Shown here: piece by piece, positions 1 to 7,559 of the stretch
Layout: every line of letters starts with the position of its first letter
Position numbering within the stretch: the stretch's first letter is position 1
Assembly: GCA_016840065.1 (NCBI GenBank)
Contig: JAEOTB010000083.1
Span: 1-22,199, forward strand
Direction: 5' to 3'
DNA length: 22,199 nt
Source: Candidatus Hermodarchaeota archaeon
GTDB lineage: Archaea > Asgardarchaeota > Hermodarchaeia > Hermodarchaeales > Hermodarchaeaceae
The notes under the pieces: model-generated
What the model was told of the DNA's origin: nothing
Database searches by the model: none
Seen by the model: the letters and a program-made list of their open reading frames with translations, nothing else
Program-made: the position numbers and the translations under genes

Positions 1-556
1 CATCATCGGTTGTGAGGATGAGTGTGTGGGTTAGGCAGTTGAAGTTACGGCGGTAGAGAAGTTCTTCCTCAGTGGTTGCACCAAGTACAACATCTACTTC
101 CCATTCTCCGTGAACTGCAGAATCTGTGGCGAAGAGTATGGGAGGAGCTCCACAACCTCCTGCTACTACGAGTAAGGGCTTAGTGGGTGACTCTTCTCCG
201 CTGATTGGGAGTTTGAAACCTCTTCCAAGGGGTCCGCGAAGTCCTAGTAGGTCGCCGAGTTTGGCTTTGTTTAGGTGTTTTGTTGCCTCCCCAACTTGAG
301 CTGCGGCAAACTCTACATGTCCTTCTTCTGGTTCCACGGCTGCGATGCTCATTGGGATCTCATCTACTCCGGGAATCCATACCATCATGAACTGACCTGG
401 TTGGGCTGTGCGGGCAATCTCGGGTGCGTTTAGAAGGAATGCCTTTATTCTTGGAGTTTCCTCAGAAATTTCTAGAATGGGAGTGACGTGGGGTCGAAGA
501 GTAGGAGGAGTGGGAGGAATATCAAGGGATATTCTTTCCTCTGGTTTCCGATCCAT
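1..556 (-). CDS. pyrK: Dihydroorotate dehydrogenase electron transfer subunit (3' end runs off the window)
   Basis: Not in the ORF track. Hand translation from ATG at 556 gives MDRKPEER...AQPGQFMMVWIPGVDEIPMSIA...GLRGPLGRGF...VVAGGCGAPP...ILTTDD, the FNR-family FAD/NAD motifs of PyrK. It starts right after the pyrC stop. Confidence 0.92.
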   Translation of the reverse strand, partial: MDRKPEERISLDIPPTPPTLRPHVTPILEISEETPRIKAFLLNAPEIARTAQPGQFMMVWIPGVDEIPMSIAAVEPEEGHVEFAAAQVGEATKHLNKAKLGDLLGLRGPLGRGFKLPISGEESPTKPLLVVAGGCGAPPILFATDSAVHGEWEVDVVLGATTEEELLYRRNFNCLTHTLILTTDD

Positions 557-557
557 A

Positions 558-1883
558 TCATAAACCTTCTTCGTAGACAGTTTCTCCTCTAAAGATTGTT
601 TGAAGGATTTTTCCTTTAACCTCCCAACCTTCAAAGGGTGTATAATGGGATTTTCCGTGGAGAGCGTCGCCTCTTATCTTATATGAAGCTTTGTGGTCGA
701 AGATAACAAGGTCGGCAAATGCTCCTTCGAGGATATGCCCTTGGAATCTATCATATTTGTTTCGAAGATTGAACCAGAGAGCGGGATAGAAGCTCAAAAG
801 CTTGTGCAGGGAGTGAAGGGGGAATCCTGCCTTATTCACCAAATAGGTGTTTAGTAATGGTAGAGTTGTTTCCACACCGGGTATTCCACCAGGGGCTGAA
901 GAATAGTCGATATGGGTTCCCATCTTCTCTTCAAGAGTATGTGGTGCGTGGTCTGATGCGATGAGGTTTATCTTGAACTCAAGGCACGCATCAACTAGCG
1001 CTTGTCTATCTGTAGGTGTTCGTAAAGGCGGGAAACACTTGGCAATTGGACCTAGCTCTTTGAGGTCATTCTTCGTTAGTAGAAGGTGGTGGGGTGTCAC
1101 TTCACAAGTCACTCTTACACCCCGCTTCTGAGCGGCAAGGACGGAGCGAAGCCCAGCTGCGGTACTGATGTGGCAGATATGGATGTGGTTATTCAGGTGC
1201 TGATGAACTATATGGTCGATAGCCTGGAATTCAGCCTTGGCTGGACGGCTTTCTAAGAAGAAATCTGCCCCCCTTCCTCTAGGCTCTGAGAGAAGAGCGG
1301 GATCCTCAGCGTGTACTGTAAGAGGAATGTCTAATGAAGCAAGGGCTGGTATGAAGGGACCTTCACCGTGAGGCATGTAGATTTTAAAGGAGGTAAGCCC
1401 AGCCTCCTGCATCTGCCTTGCTGACTCAAGGTCTACCTGCCTATCCTCCACTGACTCTGAATTAACAACAGGGCTGTTACCCCCGAGAAGGGGGGGCGCG
1501 CCATGGAATTTACATTCTATGCAAGATTTGGCGTTTGCTAGACGCTTCTTTTCCATTAGGCGTTCTGGGCTGTTTGTGGGTGGACTAGTATTCGGCATAT
1601 CAGCGACGGTTGTGAACCCGCCTGCGGCGGCTGCGGCTGAACCAGATTCAAAATCCTCCTTTTCTGGGTAGCCTGGGTCGCGGAAGTGGACATGCATATC
1701 CACTAGGCCAGGCATCACTATGTGACCTTTTGCGTCAATCACTCGGTCAGCTTGTTCACTTGCTGCGATACCTGGTTTCAGAATAGCGGTGATGAAACCC
1801 TTATTGATTATCAAATCAGCGGATTCAATGCCAGTCATGAAGACGACTTGTCCATTTGTAACTTTGAGGTCGTGAACACCCAT
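558..1883 (-). CDS. pyrC: Dihydroorotase (cyclic amidohydrolase family)
   Basis: DMHVHFRDPG (HxHxR), DMPNT, HAE, HICHIS, EVTPHHL, PPLR and SDHAPH motifs; lies between pyrD and pyrK. Confidence 0.88.
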   Translation of the reverse strand: MGVHDLKVTNGQVVFMTGIESADLIINKGFITAILKPGIAASEQADRVIDAKGHIVMPGLVDMHVHFRDPGYPEKEDFESGSAAAAAGGFTTVADMPNTSPPTNSPERLMEKKRLANAKSCIECKFHGAPPLLGGNSPVVNSESVEDRQVDLESARQMQEAGLTSFKIYMPHGEGPFIPALASLDIPLTVHAEDPALLSEPRGRGADFFLESRPAKAEFQAIDHIVHQHLNNHIHICHISTAAGLRSVLAAQKRGVRVTCEVTPHHLLLTKNDLKELGPIAKCFPPLRTPTDRQALVDACLEFKINLIASDHAPHTLEEKMGTHIDYSSAPGGIPGVETTLPLLNTYLVNKAGFPLHSLHKLLSFYPALWFNLRNKYDRFQGHILEGAFADLVIFDHKASYKIRGDALHGKSHYTPFEGWEVKGKILQTIFRGETVYEEGL

Positions 1884-1910
1884 CTTGCATCATTCCAGCT
1901 TTGATTATCC

Positions 1911-2939
1911 TTATGCTGTTTTCTGGTGACCACAGCCAATGAGTGGTTCGAGGTTATTAATTTCGTGGCTCTTTATGTATTGGACTAGTTGGCGGCATAT
2001 TTGTTTGAAGATAGTTGGACCTTGAAGGAGTACACCTGTCCCAATCTGTACAGCCCTTGCTCCGGCTAGTAGGAACTCGATGACATCATTTCCATCAAGG
2101 ATTCCACCTACTCCAATAATCGGAATGGTGAGATTTGACTTGTAGAGTTCCCAGACAGCACGGAGAGCTACTGGCTTGATTGCTGGGCCTGAAAGACCTC
2201 CGATACCTCCTCCCAGTGAAGGGCGTTGCGCTTCCACATCTAGGGCTATTGCTGGCAATGTGTTGATGGCAACGACTGCTGCTGCTCCTGATGCTTCTGC
2301 AGCTTTAGCTACCTCCACTAAGCGGGGATAATCAGTAGAACCTGGTAGTTTCACCCAGACGGGTATCTTCCCACCAGATGTTTTTACAACTTTCTTCACT
2401 ACAGCTGATACATGTTCGGGTTGAAGCCCCTGAGCGTAGAGTGATCCTACATGAGGACAGGAAACGTTCAGCTCTATGGCTTTGATTCCAGTTTTTGCTA
2501 GTTGCCCTGCTACTTTCCCATACTCTGCGGGCTTGTTCCCCATGATGCTTCCTATCACACAAGCACCCTTCTCTGTTGCTGCTTTAATTTCGGGGAGGTA
2601 GCTTCTAACGCCTGGGTTGGGAAGCCCCATGGCATTCAACAGCCCTCCGCCTCGTGATCCAACAATCCGTGGTCCAGGATGGCCAGGCTGGGCTGTGGAA
2701 CCAATGGTCTTGGTAACTACTGCTCCCGCGCCGCCATTCCAAGCACTCATTAAACCCCCCGCTGCTACTCCCAGAACACCCGATGCTAGGATAGTGGGGT
2801 TCTCTAGTCGAAGCGGTCCAATGGCTGTCAGTAAGTTTGTTGCTGAGTTTCGGTGTGAAGTCGGGGTCATTCCTTCGTCACCAATAGAGTAAGTTGATGG
2901 CAACATGGAATCTATGATATCAAAAAGGTTGTTACTCAT
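1911..2939 (-). CDS. pyrD: Dihydroorotate dehydrogenase family 1B catalytic subunit
   Basis: NPTILASG, KT, LLNAMGLPNPG, ELNVSCPH (catalytic Cys), INT, GGLSGPAIKP, IIGVGGI and VQIGT motifs. The true start may be the ATG at 2870 (MTPTSH), which follows GAAGGA. Confidence 0.95.
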   Translation of the reverse strand: MSNNLFDIIDSMLPSTYSIGDEGMTPTSHRNSATNLLTAIGPLRLENPTILASGVLGVAAGGLMSAWNGGAGAVVTKTIGSTAQPGHPGPRIVGSRGGGLLNAMGLPNPGVRSYLPEIKAATEKGACVIGSIMGNKPAEYGKVAGQLAKTGIKAIELNVSCPHVGSLYAQGLQPEHVSAVVKKVVKTSGGKIPVWVKLPGSTDYPRLVEVAKAAEASGAAAVVAINTLPAIALDVEAQRPSLGGGIGGLSGPAIKPVALRAVWELYKSNLTIPIIGVGGILDGNDVIEFLLAGARAVQIGTGVLLQGPTIFKQICRQLVQYIKSHEINNLEPLIGCGHQKTA

Positions 2940-3008
2940 CTATTAGCAGGTGCTAAGAACAGCAAACCTTTAGTGAGAAGAATCAATGATTAAACTTGGT
3001 GTTATTCG

Positions 3009-4208
3009 GTGACAGAAGAGGATGATGTACTAATTAGTGAAGAGCTGGTCCGTAATTCTTTGACTGTTTGTGTTTTCAGCACATTAGATGATTCAGGAGT
3101 TCCCCACAACTCACCTGTGATAATCGGCGGGGAGGAGCTTATCGAGGATGAAAGTATTCGGATACTCGTTGAAGAAGGATTCGGACAATTAAACATTGCA
3201 GACCTGTACGGAATAAAGAACTACATTCTACGTTCGGTAATATATATGAACGAACAACTAAGCCAAGAAATTAAAATCGTACCAAACGTTTTCATGGTAA
3301 AGGATTTCTTCGAGGGCTCAGATTTTGTATTATTGCTGATAACGCCTTACAGCGACCTTAACCTTTCCAAGTTAATCGAAATATCAGAATATTCTTCAAA
3401 GAGTTACCTTGGCACTCATAGAAGGACAGATTTGGTCTTCTCTGAACAGGCTTCTGAGAAGGTTAGCCACAGAGACCGATCCGCTCGAGCGCTGGCTTCA
3501 ATGATTCACCACAATATTTTCCAGCGGCGAGAACTTAGGGGTGGTGTCGACGACGTAGTCCGAGAAGCCTTCCTTTCCACCATCCTCTTCACCCAATCTG
3601 GAATCATCGAGGGCGAATTACGTTGTCTGAAATGTCAAGAAATATTTAGTGAGGGCGAAGACTGCCCAAGCTGTGAGGAGCCTCTGCAAAGGATGCCCCC
3701 CATATTGGATGTTGAGGAATTATACTTCGCCTTCCCTGATGCAGCTGCCCGAAAGGAAAAGGAAACCCAAGTTAACCCTCATGAAATAATCAACTTCTTT
3801 TTCCATGCGCTCATACCGCATTCCATTAGAAGGGCCATCGCCAGCGTCAATCCAAGAGTTTTCGCTGCCCTTCTTTCAACACCTGTTAGAGTCATCTACA
3901 CTGTGCCCGATAGCGATCATATCATTGACGTGTTTACATTACACAGAGTAGTAGATGATAAGGTGCTCTCGGTAACTGCCGTTGCAGATAGCCGCTACAA
4001 GGGGCTTGGACTACCAACCTACTTATCCGAGCGCGTTTTCATACGAGACCTGCGAGAAGGACTCGCTAAAGGGCAGACAGAAAGGGAAATCATTTCCAAA
4101 AGCGAAATCGTAACGGGTTGGCACATTTCCCCTAGATACGCGTTTAAGGAGCTAGCGGACAACAAAGAATTACAAAGTTTTAGGGTGATGCAAGATGCGT
4201 CGAGCTGA
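3009..4208 (+). CDS. Hypothetical protein with an internal CxxC-x9-CxxC zinc ribbon; possibly tandem longin-like domains
   Basis: 399-aa ORF with GTG start, divergent from pyrD; CLKC...CPSC at nt 3624-3674. The fold suggestion is inference from the secondary-structure pattern only. Confidence 0.7.
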   Translation: MTEEDDVLISEELVRNSLTVCVFSTLDDSGVPHNSPVIIGGEELIEDESIRILVEEGFGQLNIADLYGIKNYILRSVIYMNEQLSQEIKIVPNVFMVKDFFEGSDFVLLLITPYSDLNLSKLIEISEYSSKSYLGTHRRTDLVFSEQASEKVSHRDRSARALASMIHHNIFQRRELRGGVDDVVREAFLSTILFTQSGIIEGELRCLKCQEIFSEGEDCPSCEEPLQRMPPILDVEELYFAFPDAAARKEKETQVNPHEIINFFFHALIPHSIRRAIASVNPRVFAALLSTPVRVIYTVPDSDHIIDVFTLHRVVDDKVLSVTAVADSRYKGLGLPTYLSERVFIRDLREGLAKGQTEREIISKSEIVTGWHISPRYAFKELADNKELQSFRVMQDASS

Positions 4209-5508
4209 AAAGGGTCATTCTCGAGATATCGTTGATGAATACAGAGAAAAGTTCGTCGAAACTCTAAGTAAGATTCAAAGGTTTCGTGACCAACAGAAAA
4301 GGCTGATCCAAGCAACTGCAGCACAATTGAAGGACCAGGCTCGTGAGCACCCTGAAATAGAATATGTTGTGGCTGCTTACCACCTTGCCAAAATGGATGA
4401 AATAATAGACATCTCGCCCGAAGAATTTGTTGAAGATGTCAGGATATATCGTGAAACCCTTACAACCCTTGAACCCCCTCCAGACCCTGAACCAGAACCT
4501 CTTCCAAAGGGCAGGCGGGAAGTAGTGGTCCTTCGGAAAGTTAGCGATGAACCTGAAATGCCAAAGGAAATTAAACAGGATTTGGTGGTTCTAGCATTAT
4601 TAGTGAACAGTATTGGGTCAGTTTGGAGTACCCCTGTAGACGCCCACGAAATCATCGTGAACGAGAAAGTCGCTAGTACCTCAGATGAAGTTGTCCAAGC
4701 GACAATAATCATGAAAGCACTCCAACCGTGGATGTCACTTGCAACTGAACTACATATCAAGGATCTCTACAAACCTGATCTCCGTTGGCTGGTTAGCCTG
4801 ATACGATACGTCTTTGAGGAAAACCTTCGAAAGAAAGGTCAATCATTTGCCCCTCGAAGCCCATCCAAAATCTTTGAGGAAATGACCTCTAGGTACCCCA
4901 TTTCTCATGGTGAGGAATATCAATGGGACATTCTCCTATTCGAACTGGTGCTCCCTCTTTGGTCAGAAATGTATGCTATTGCAGAATCAGCGGTCATCAA
5001 GGGAAGAGAGGAACTTGAGATTGAACGCCGCGCTACTCCCCACATACAGAAGGCTTTGAAGGAAAGGCAGGAGCTACAATTCAGTATTGATTTCGCCCAG
5101 GCTCCCTTGGAATTCCGGCTCCACCACGTATTCAAAAGAAAGCAAGAATTAACAGAAAAACACATCGCCCTATTCGAGTCCTTAATGGACCGCGTCATTA
5201 GAAGAACCTTGGTAGAAAAGTATGGAGTGCAAGATATAAAGGATCAGAGCGAGCTCCTGGAAATTGCCACTGCAATAATCATGTCATTGATAGATAGATT
5301 CCCCGAGCTACTTCTTCCAGTAATTGAGCCTAGTGAACGACTTGAATATTACAACGACCCTGATGCCTTCGTTAAAGGTAGGCCAGAGGAAATGCGTACA
5401 CGCGTAACACAGCGAATTCGTCGTGGCACTGGAATGAAAATCACGCCGTTCTCCGTCGGCAAATCTTTTGCAAAATACATCAAGTTAGCCGCTTCCATGC
5501 AAAGTTAG
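4195..5508 (+). CDS. Hypothetical all-alpha protein with a Pro-rich linker
   Basis: 437-aa ORF overlapping the upstream gene by 14 nt, with GGGTGATG RBS-like sequence upstream. N-terminal helical domain, EPPPDPEPEPLP linker, helical body. Confidence 0.72.
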   Translation: MRRAEKGHSRDIVDEYREKFVETLSKIQRFRDQQKRLIQATAAQLKDQAREHPEIEYVVAAYHLAKMDEIIDISPEEFVEDVRIYRETLTTLEPPPDPEPEPLPKGRREVVVLRKVSDEPEMPKEIKQDLVVLALLVNSIGSVWSTPVDAHEIIVNEKVASTSDEVVQATIIMKALQPWMSLATELHIKDLYKPDLRWLVSLIRYVFEENLRKKGQSFAPRSPSKIFEEMTSRYPISHGEEYQWDILLFELVLPLWSEMYAIAESAVIKGREELEIERRATPHIQKALKERQELQFSIDFAQAPLEFRLHHVFKRKQELTEKHIALFESLMDRVIRRTLVEKYGVQDIKDQSELLEIATAIIMSLIDRFPELLLPVIEPSERLEYYNDPDAFVKGRPEEMRTRVTQRIRRGTGMKITPFSVGKSFAKYIKLAASMQS

Positions 5509-5545
5509 CAACCGCTGAGGAATTTGGCGAACGAGGATTATTAAT

Positions 5546-5620
5546 AAAAAAAGAGAAGACGAGCGGGTGTGCCCCCGGGGAGCTTGGAAGGCTCCACCGA
5601 GAACACTAACCCGCTTCTTC
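5546..5620 (-). terminator. Long 3' stem-loop followed by a U7 tract
   Basis: Minus strand: GAAGA-AGCGGGT-ta-GTGTTCTCGG-t-GGAGC-cttccaa-GCTCC-CCGGGGGCAC-ACCCGCT-cg-TCTTC, then TCTTTTTTT. 27 bp paired including 3 G-U pairs; lies between convergent genes. Confidence 0.7.
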
Positions 5621-5652
5621 AGGGTTGGGGTTTTCTGACAACGCATTAAGCC

Positions 5653-6846
5653 TTAGCATCCATCCGTTTGAATAGACGACTCATTGCCATTAGTGAGTGG
5701 CTGAATGTACTGGTTTGCGTCACTGATGCGACCAATCATCACACCGAACCCGACTAAGACTAGGATGGGACCAAGCCATCCGAGCCACCAGATGAGGTGG
5801 ACCCAGTAGTAGAGTACGAATACAAAGCCACTGGCGTGGGGCCAGGGAATTGGTATAGGCATGCTGAACGGTGTGTAGAAGAGTAGTGCAAAGAAGTAGG
5901 ACACTACTAGCCAGTAGACAGCATCTACGGAAGCAAGGAGGCGAGCCAAAGGTAGTGAGCTGCTACCTACAGCTGCACGAGCAGCTGTTAATCCAGCACG
6001 GCTCAAGGCAATGAACGCGAGCCATGTTATGAACTGGAGTTCAAAGACTGGATAGACTACATAGGGAGGTAGCATATTGGTGAGGAAGTAAACAACACCG
6101 AGAGCTATTACGAATCCGAAAACATGACCGATTGTATTGCCTATTAGGCTACTTCGGCTGGTTTTCTCTTCAAAGCGTTTGACTCGGAGGTTTACCCGTT
6201 TCTGGGTTCGGGCAACGCGTATCTCCTTGGGTGGTTTTTGATCGTGACTTTCAAACAGACCTCGGAGCACTTCGCCCATTTCTGTGCCTGAAGGATACGA
6301 AGCGTAGAGTAGGGCGAAGTAAGAGATTGCTATGGTACCAATCACTAGCGTGTTCGCTACAATGGCTAGTGTTATGGAATCTCGTAGCATCAGAAACGTC
6401 AGCGGACCTGGAAAGAGTATTTGTGGGATGACCATCGCGGCAATGATGCTGATGAGCGCGAGGTCCATAATTACTAGTCCTATGACGATGCGCCAGAACC
6501 AAGTCTGATGTTCTGGTTTGAGAGCGTTGATGAAGCCGCCTGCAAGACGGGGTTCTTCTTCGATTTCACTTTCTCTTCGGAATTCTCTGGCAACGATGTC
6601 GGGACTACCCATTTCAACTACAGCGTCCCAAGCCGAGGCTGTGGTTAGTCGACCAGTGGGTTGGCTGGATTGTTCGAGTAGGTGGGAGCGCAGCTCGGGT
6701 ATGACTTCTGCTGCCAAGGAGGCTGGCAACCGAGCCTTCACTTGTTTCAGATAGTCTTCGATTATCTGCTTAGCTGAAGTTTCCTCATCTTTCGCAGAGA
6801 GTTTTGCGGGCCGTGCTCCAGTGTTTTCTCTGTATGGTTTTGTCAT
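5653..6846 (-). CDS. HAAS-domain multi-pass membrane protein (PadR partner)
   Basis: N-terminal IIEDYLKQVKARLP...ELRSHL...AVVEMGSPDIVAREF matches the HAAS pattern; several hydrophobic segments follow. ATGA overlap with the PadR gene. Confidence 0.82.
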   Translation of the reverse strand: MTKPYRENTGARPAKLSAKDEETSAKQIIEDYLKQVKARLPASLAAEVIPELRSHLLEQSSQPTGRLTTASAWDAVVEMGSPDIVAREFRRESEIEEEPRLAGGFINALKPEHQTWFWRIVIGLVIMDLALISIIAAMVIPQILFPGPLTFLMLRDSITLAIVANTLVIGTIAISYFALLYASYPSGTEMGEVLRGLFESHDQKPPKEIRVARTQKRVNLRVKRFEEKTSRSSLIGNTIGHVFGFVIALGVVYFLTNMLPPYVVYPVFELQFITWLAFIALSRAGLTAARAAVGSSSLPLARLLASVDAVYWLVVSYFFALLFYTPFSMPIPIPWPHASGFVFVLYYWVHLIWWLGWLGPILVLVGFGVMIGRISDANQYIQPLTNGNESSIQTDGC

Positions 6847-7325
6847 TTTTCATCACTTTTTGTGAGCTGAGCTCCGCAGGCTGCGCAGAAGATAGCCCCG
6901 GGATATACCTGATTGCCGCAGTCTGAGCAAAATCGAGTTTCTTCCTGAAACGCGCCGTTGCTAGCACGGTCTGCACTAATGGCACGGAAGAGTGGATCGA
7001 GTGTTACTATTAGTTCGTTCCACATCTCGATCATTGCTTGGAGTTGCTGTGTGCCAATGCTAGTGAGTTGGTAGTATTTTCTGGGGCGCTCTCCGCTGGT
7101 GTCCCAGTGGCTCTTGACTAGCTTGTGGGTTTCGAGGCGCCGGAGTAGGGGGTACAGGGTTCCGTCTTTGACTATGAGACGGTCGGCGGTTCGTTTGCGG
7201 ATTGTTTGTGCGATTTCGTAGCCGAAGGTGGACTTGGCCTCTTTAATCGTTGCTAGGACCAAGAGTTGGAGGAGTCCGCGGCGGATGTCGCTTTCCCATG
7301 TTTCTGGGGGTTTTTGTTTTGGCAT
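6843..7325 (-). CDS. PadR-family transcriptional regulator with C-terminal zinc ribbon
   Basis: RRGLLQLLVL, FGYEI, GTLYPLLRRLE and RPRKYYQLTSIG; C-terminal FCSDCG...FCAACG. Confidence 0.92.
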   Translation of the reverse strand: MPKQKPPETWESDIRRGLLQLLVLATIKEAKSTFGYEIAQTIRKRTADRLIVKDGTLYPLLRRLETHKLVKSHWDTSGERPRKYYQLTSIGTQQLQAMIEMWNELIVTLDPLFRAISADRASNGAFQEETRFCSDCGNQVYPGAIFCAACGAQLTKSDEK

Positions 7326-7404
7326 TTCTTTTTGCCGCCTGAGAGCGGTTTTTTTGTGTGTGCCAATGGTAGTGGATAGTAAGACTATGTGTCTCGCCTA
7401 TCAG

Positions 7405-7427
7405 TATACCTTGCCACACAAGGTATA
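7405..7427. promoter_or_regulatory. Perfect inverted repeat, likely PadR operator
   Basis: TATACCTTG-CCACA-CAAGGTATA, directly downstream (minus strand) of a TATA box at 7441-7449. Confidence 0.72.
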
Positions 7428-7440
7428 TCGGTTTATACAA

Positions 7441-7449
7441 CTATATAAA
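7441..7449 (-). promoter_or_regulatory. TATA box for the PadR-HAAS operon
   Basis: Minus-strand TTTATATAG; the expected start site about 25 nt downstream falls inside the palindrome. Confidence 0.55.
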
Positions 7450-7559
7450 GTTAACGGACTACACAAAATCAACCCGAACTCCAAAACAACACCCAAGAGA
7501 AAACCAACAACGACTCGATGCCACTAACCTTTTGTAGGTGAATATACTAAAAGAGAAAA

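Noticed and set aside
7334-7355. Plus-strand GCCGC/GCGGT mini-hairpin followed by T7
   Set aside because: Short stem, no plus-strand gene upstream, and it lies in a G/T-biased tract.
7326-7400. Open frame upstream of PadR with GGCGAG before an ATA codon (possible non-canonical start)
   Set aside because: The extension has no PadR-like features and the ATG at 7325 gives a normal N-terminus.
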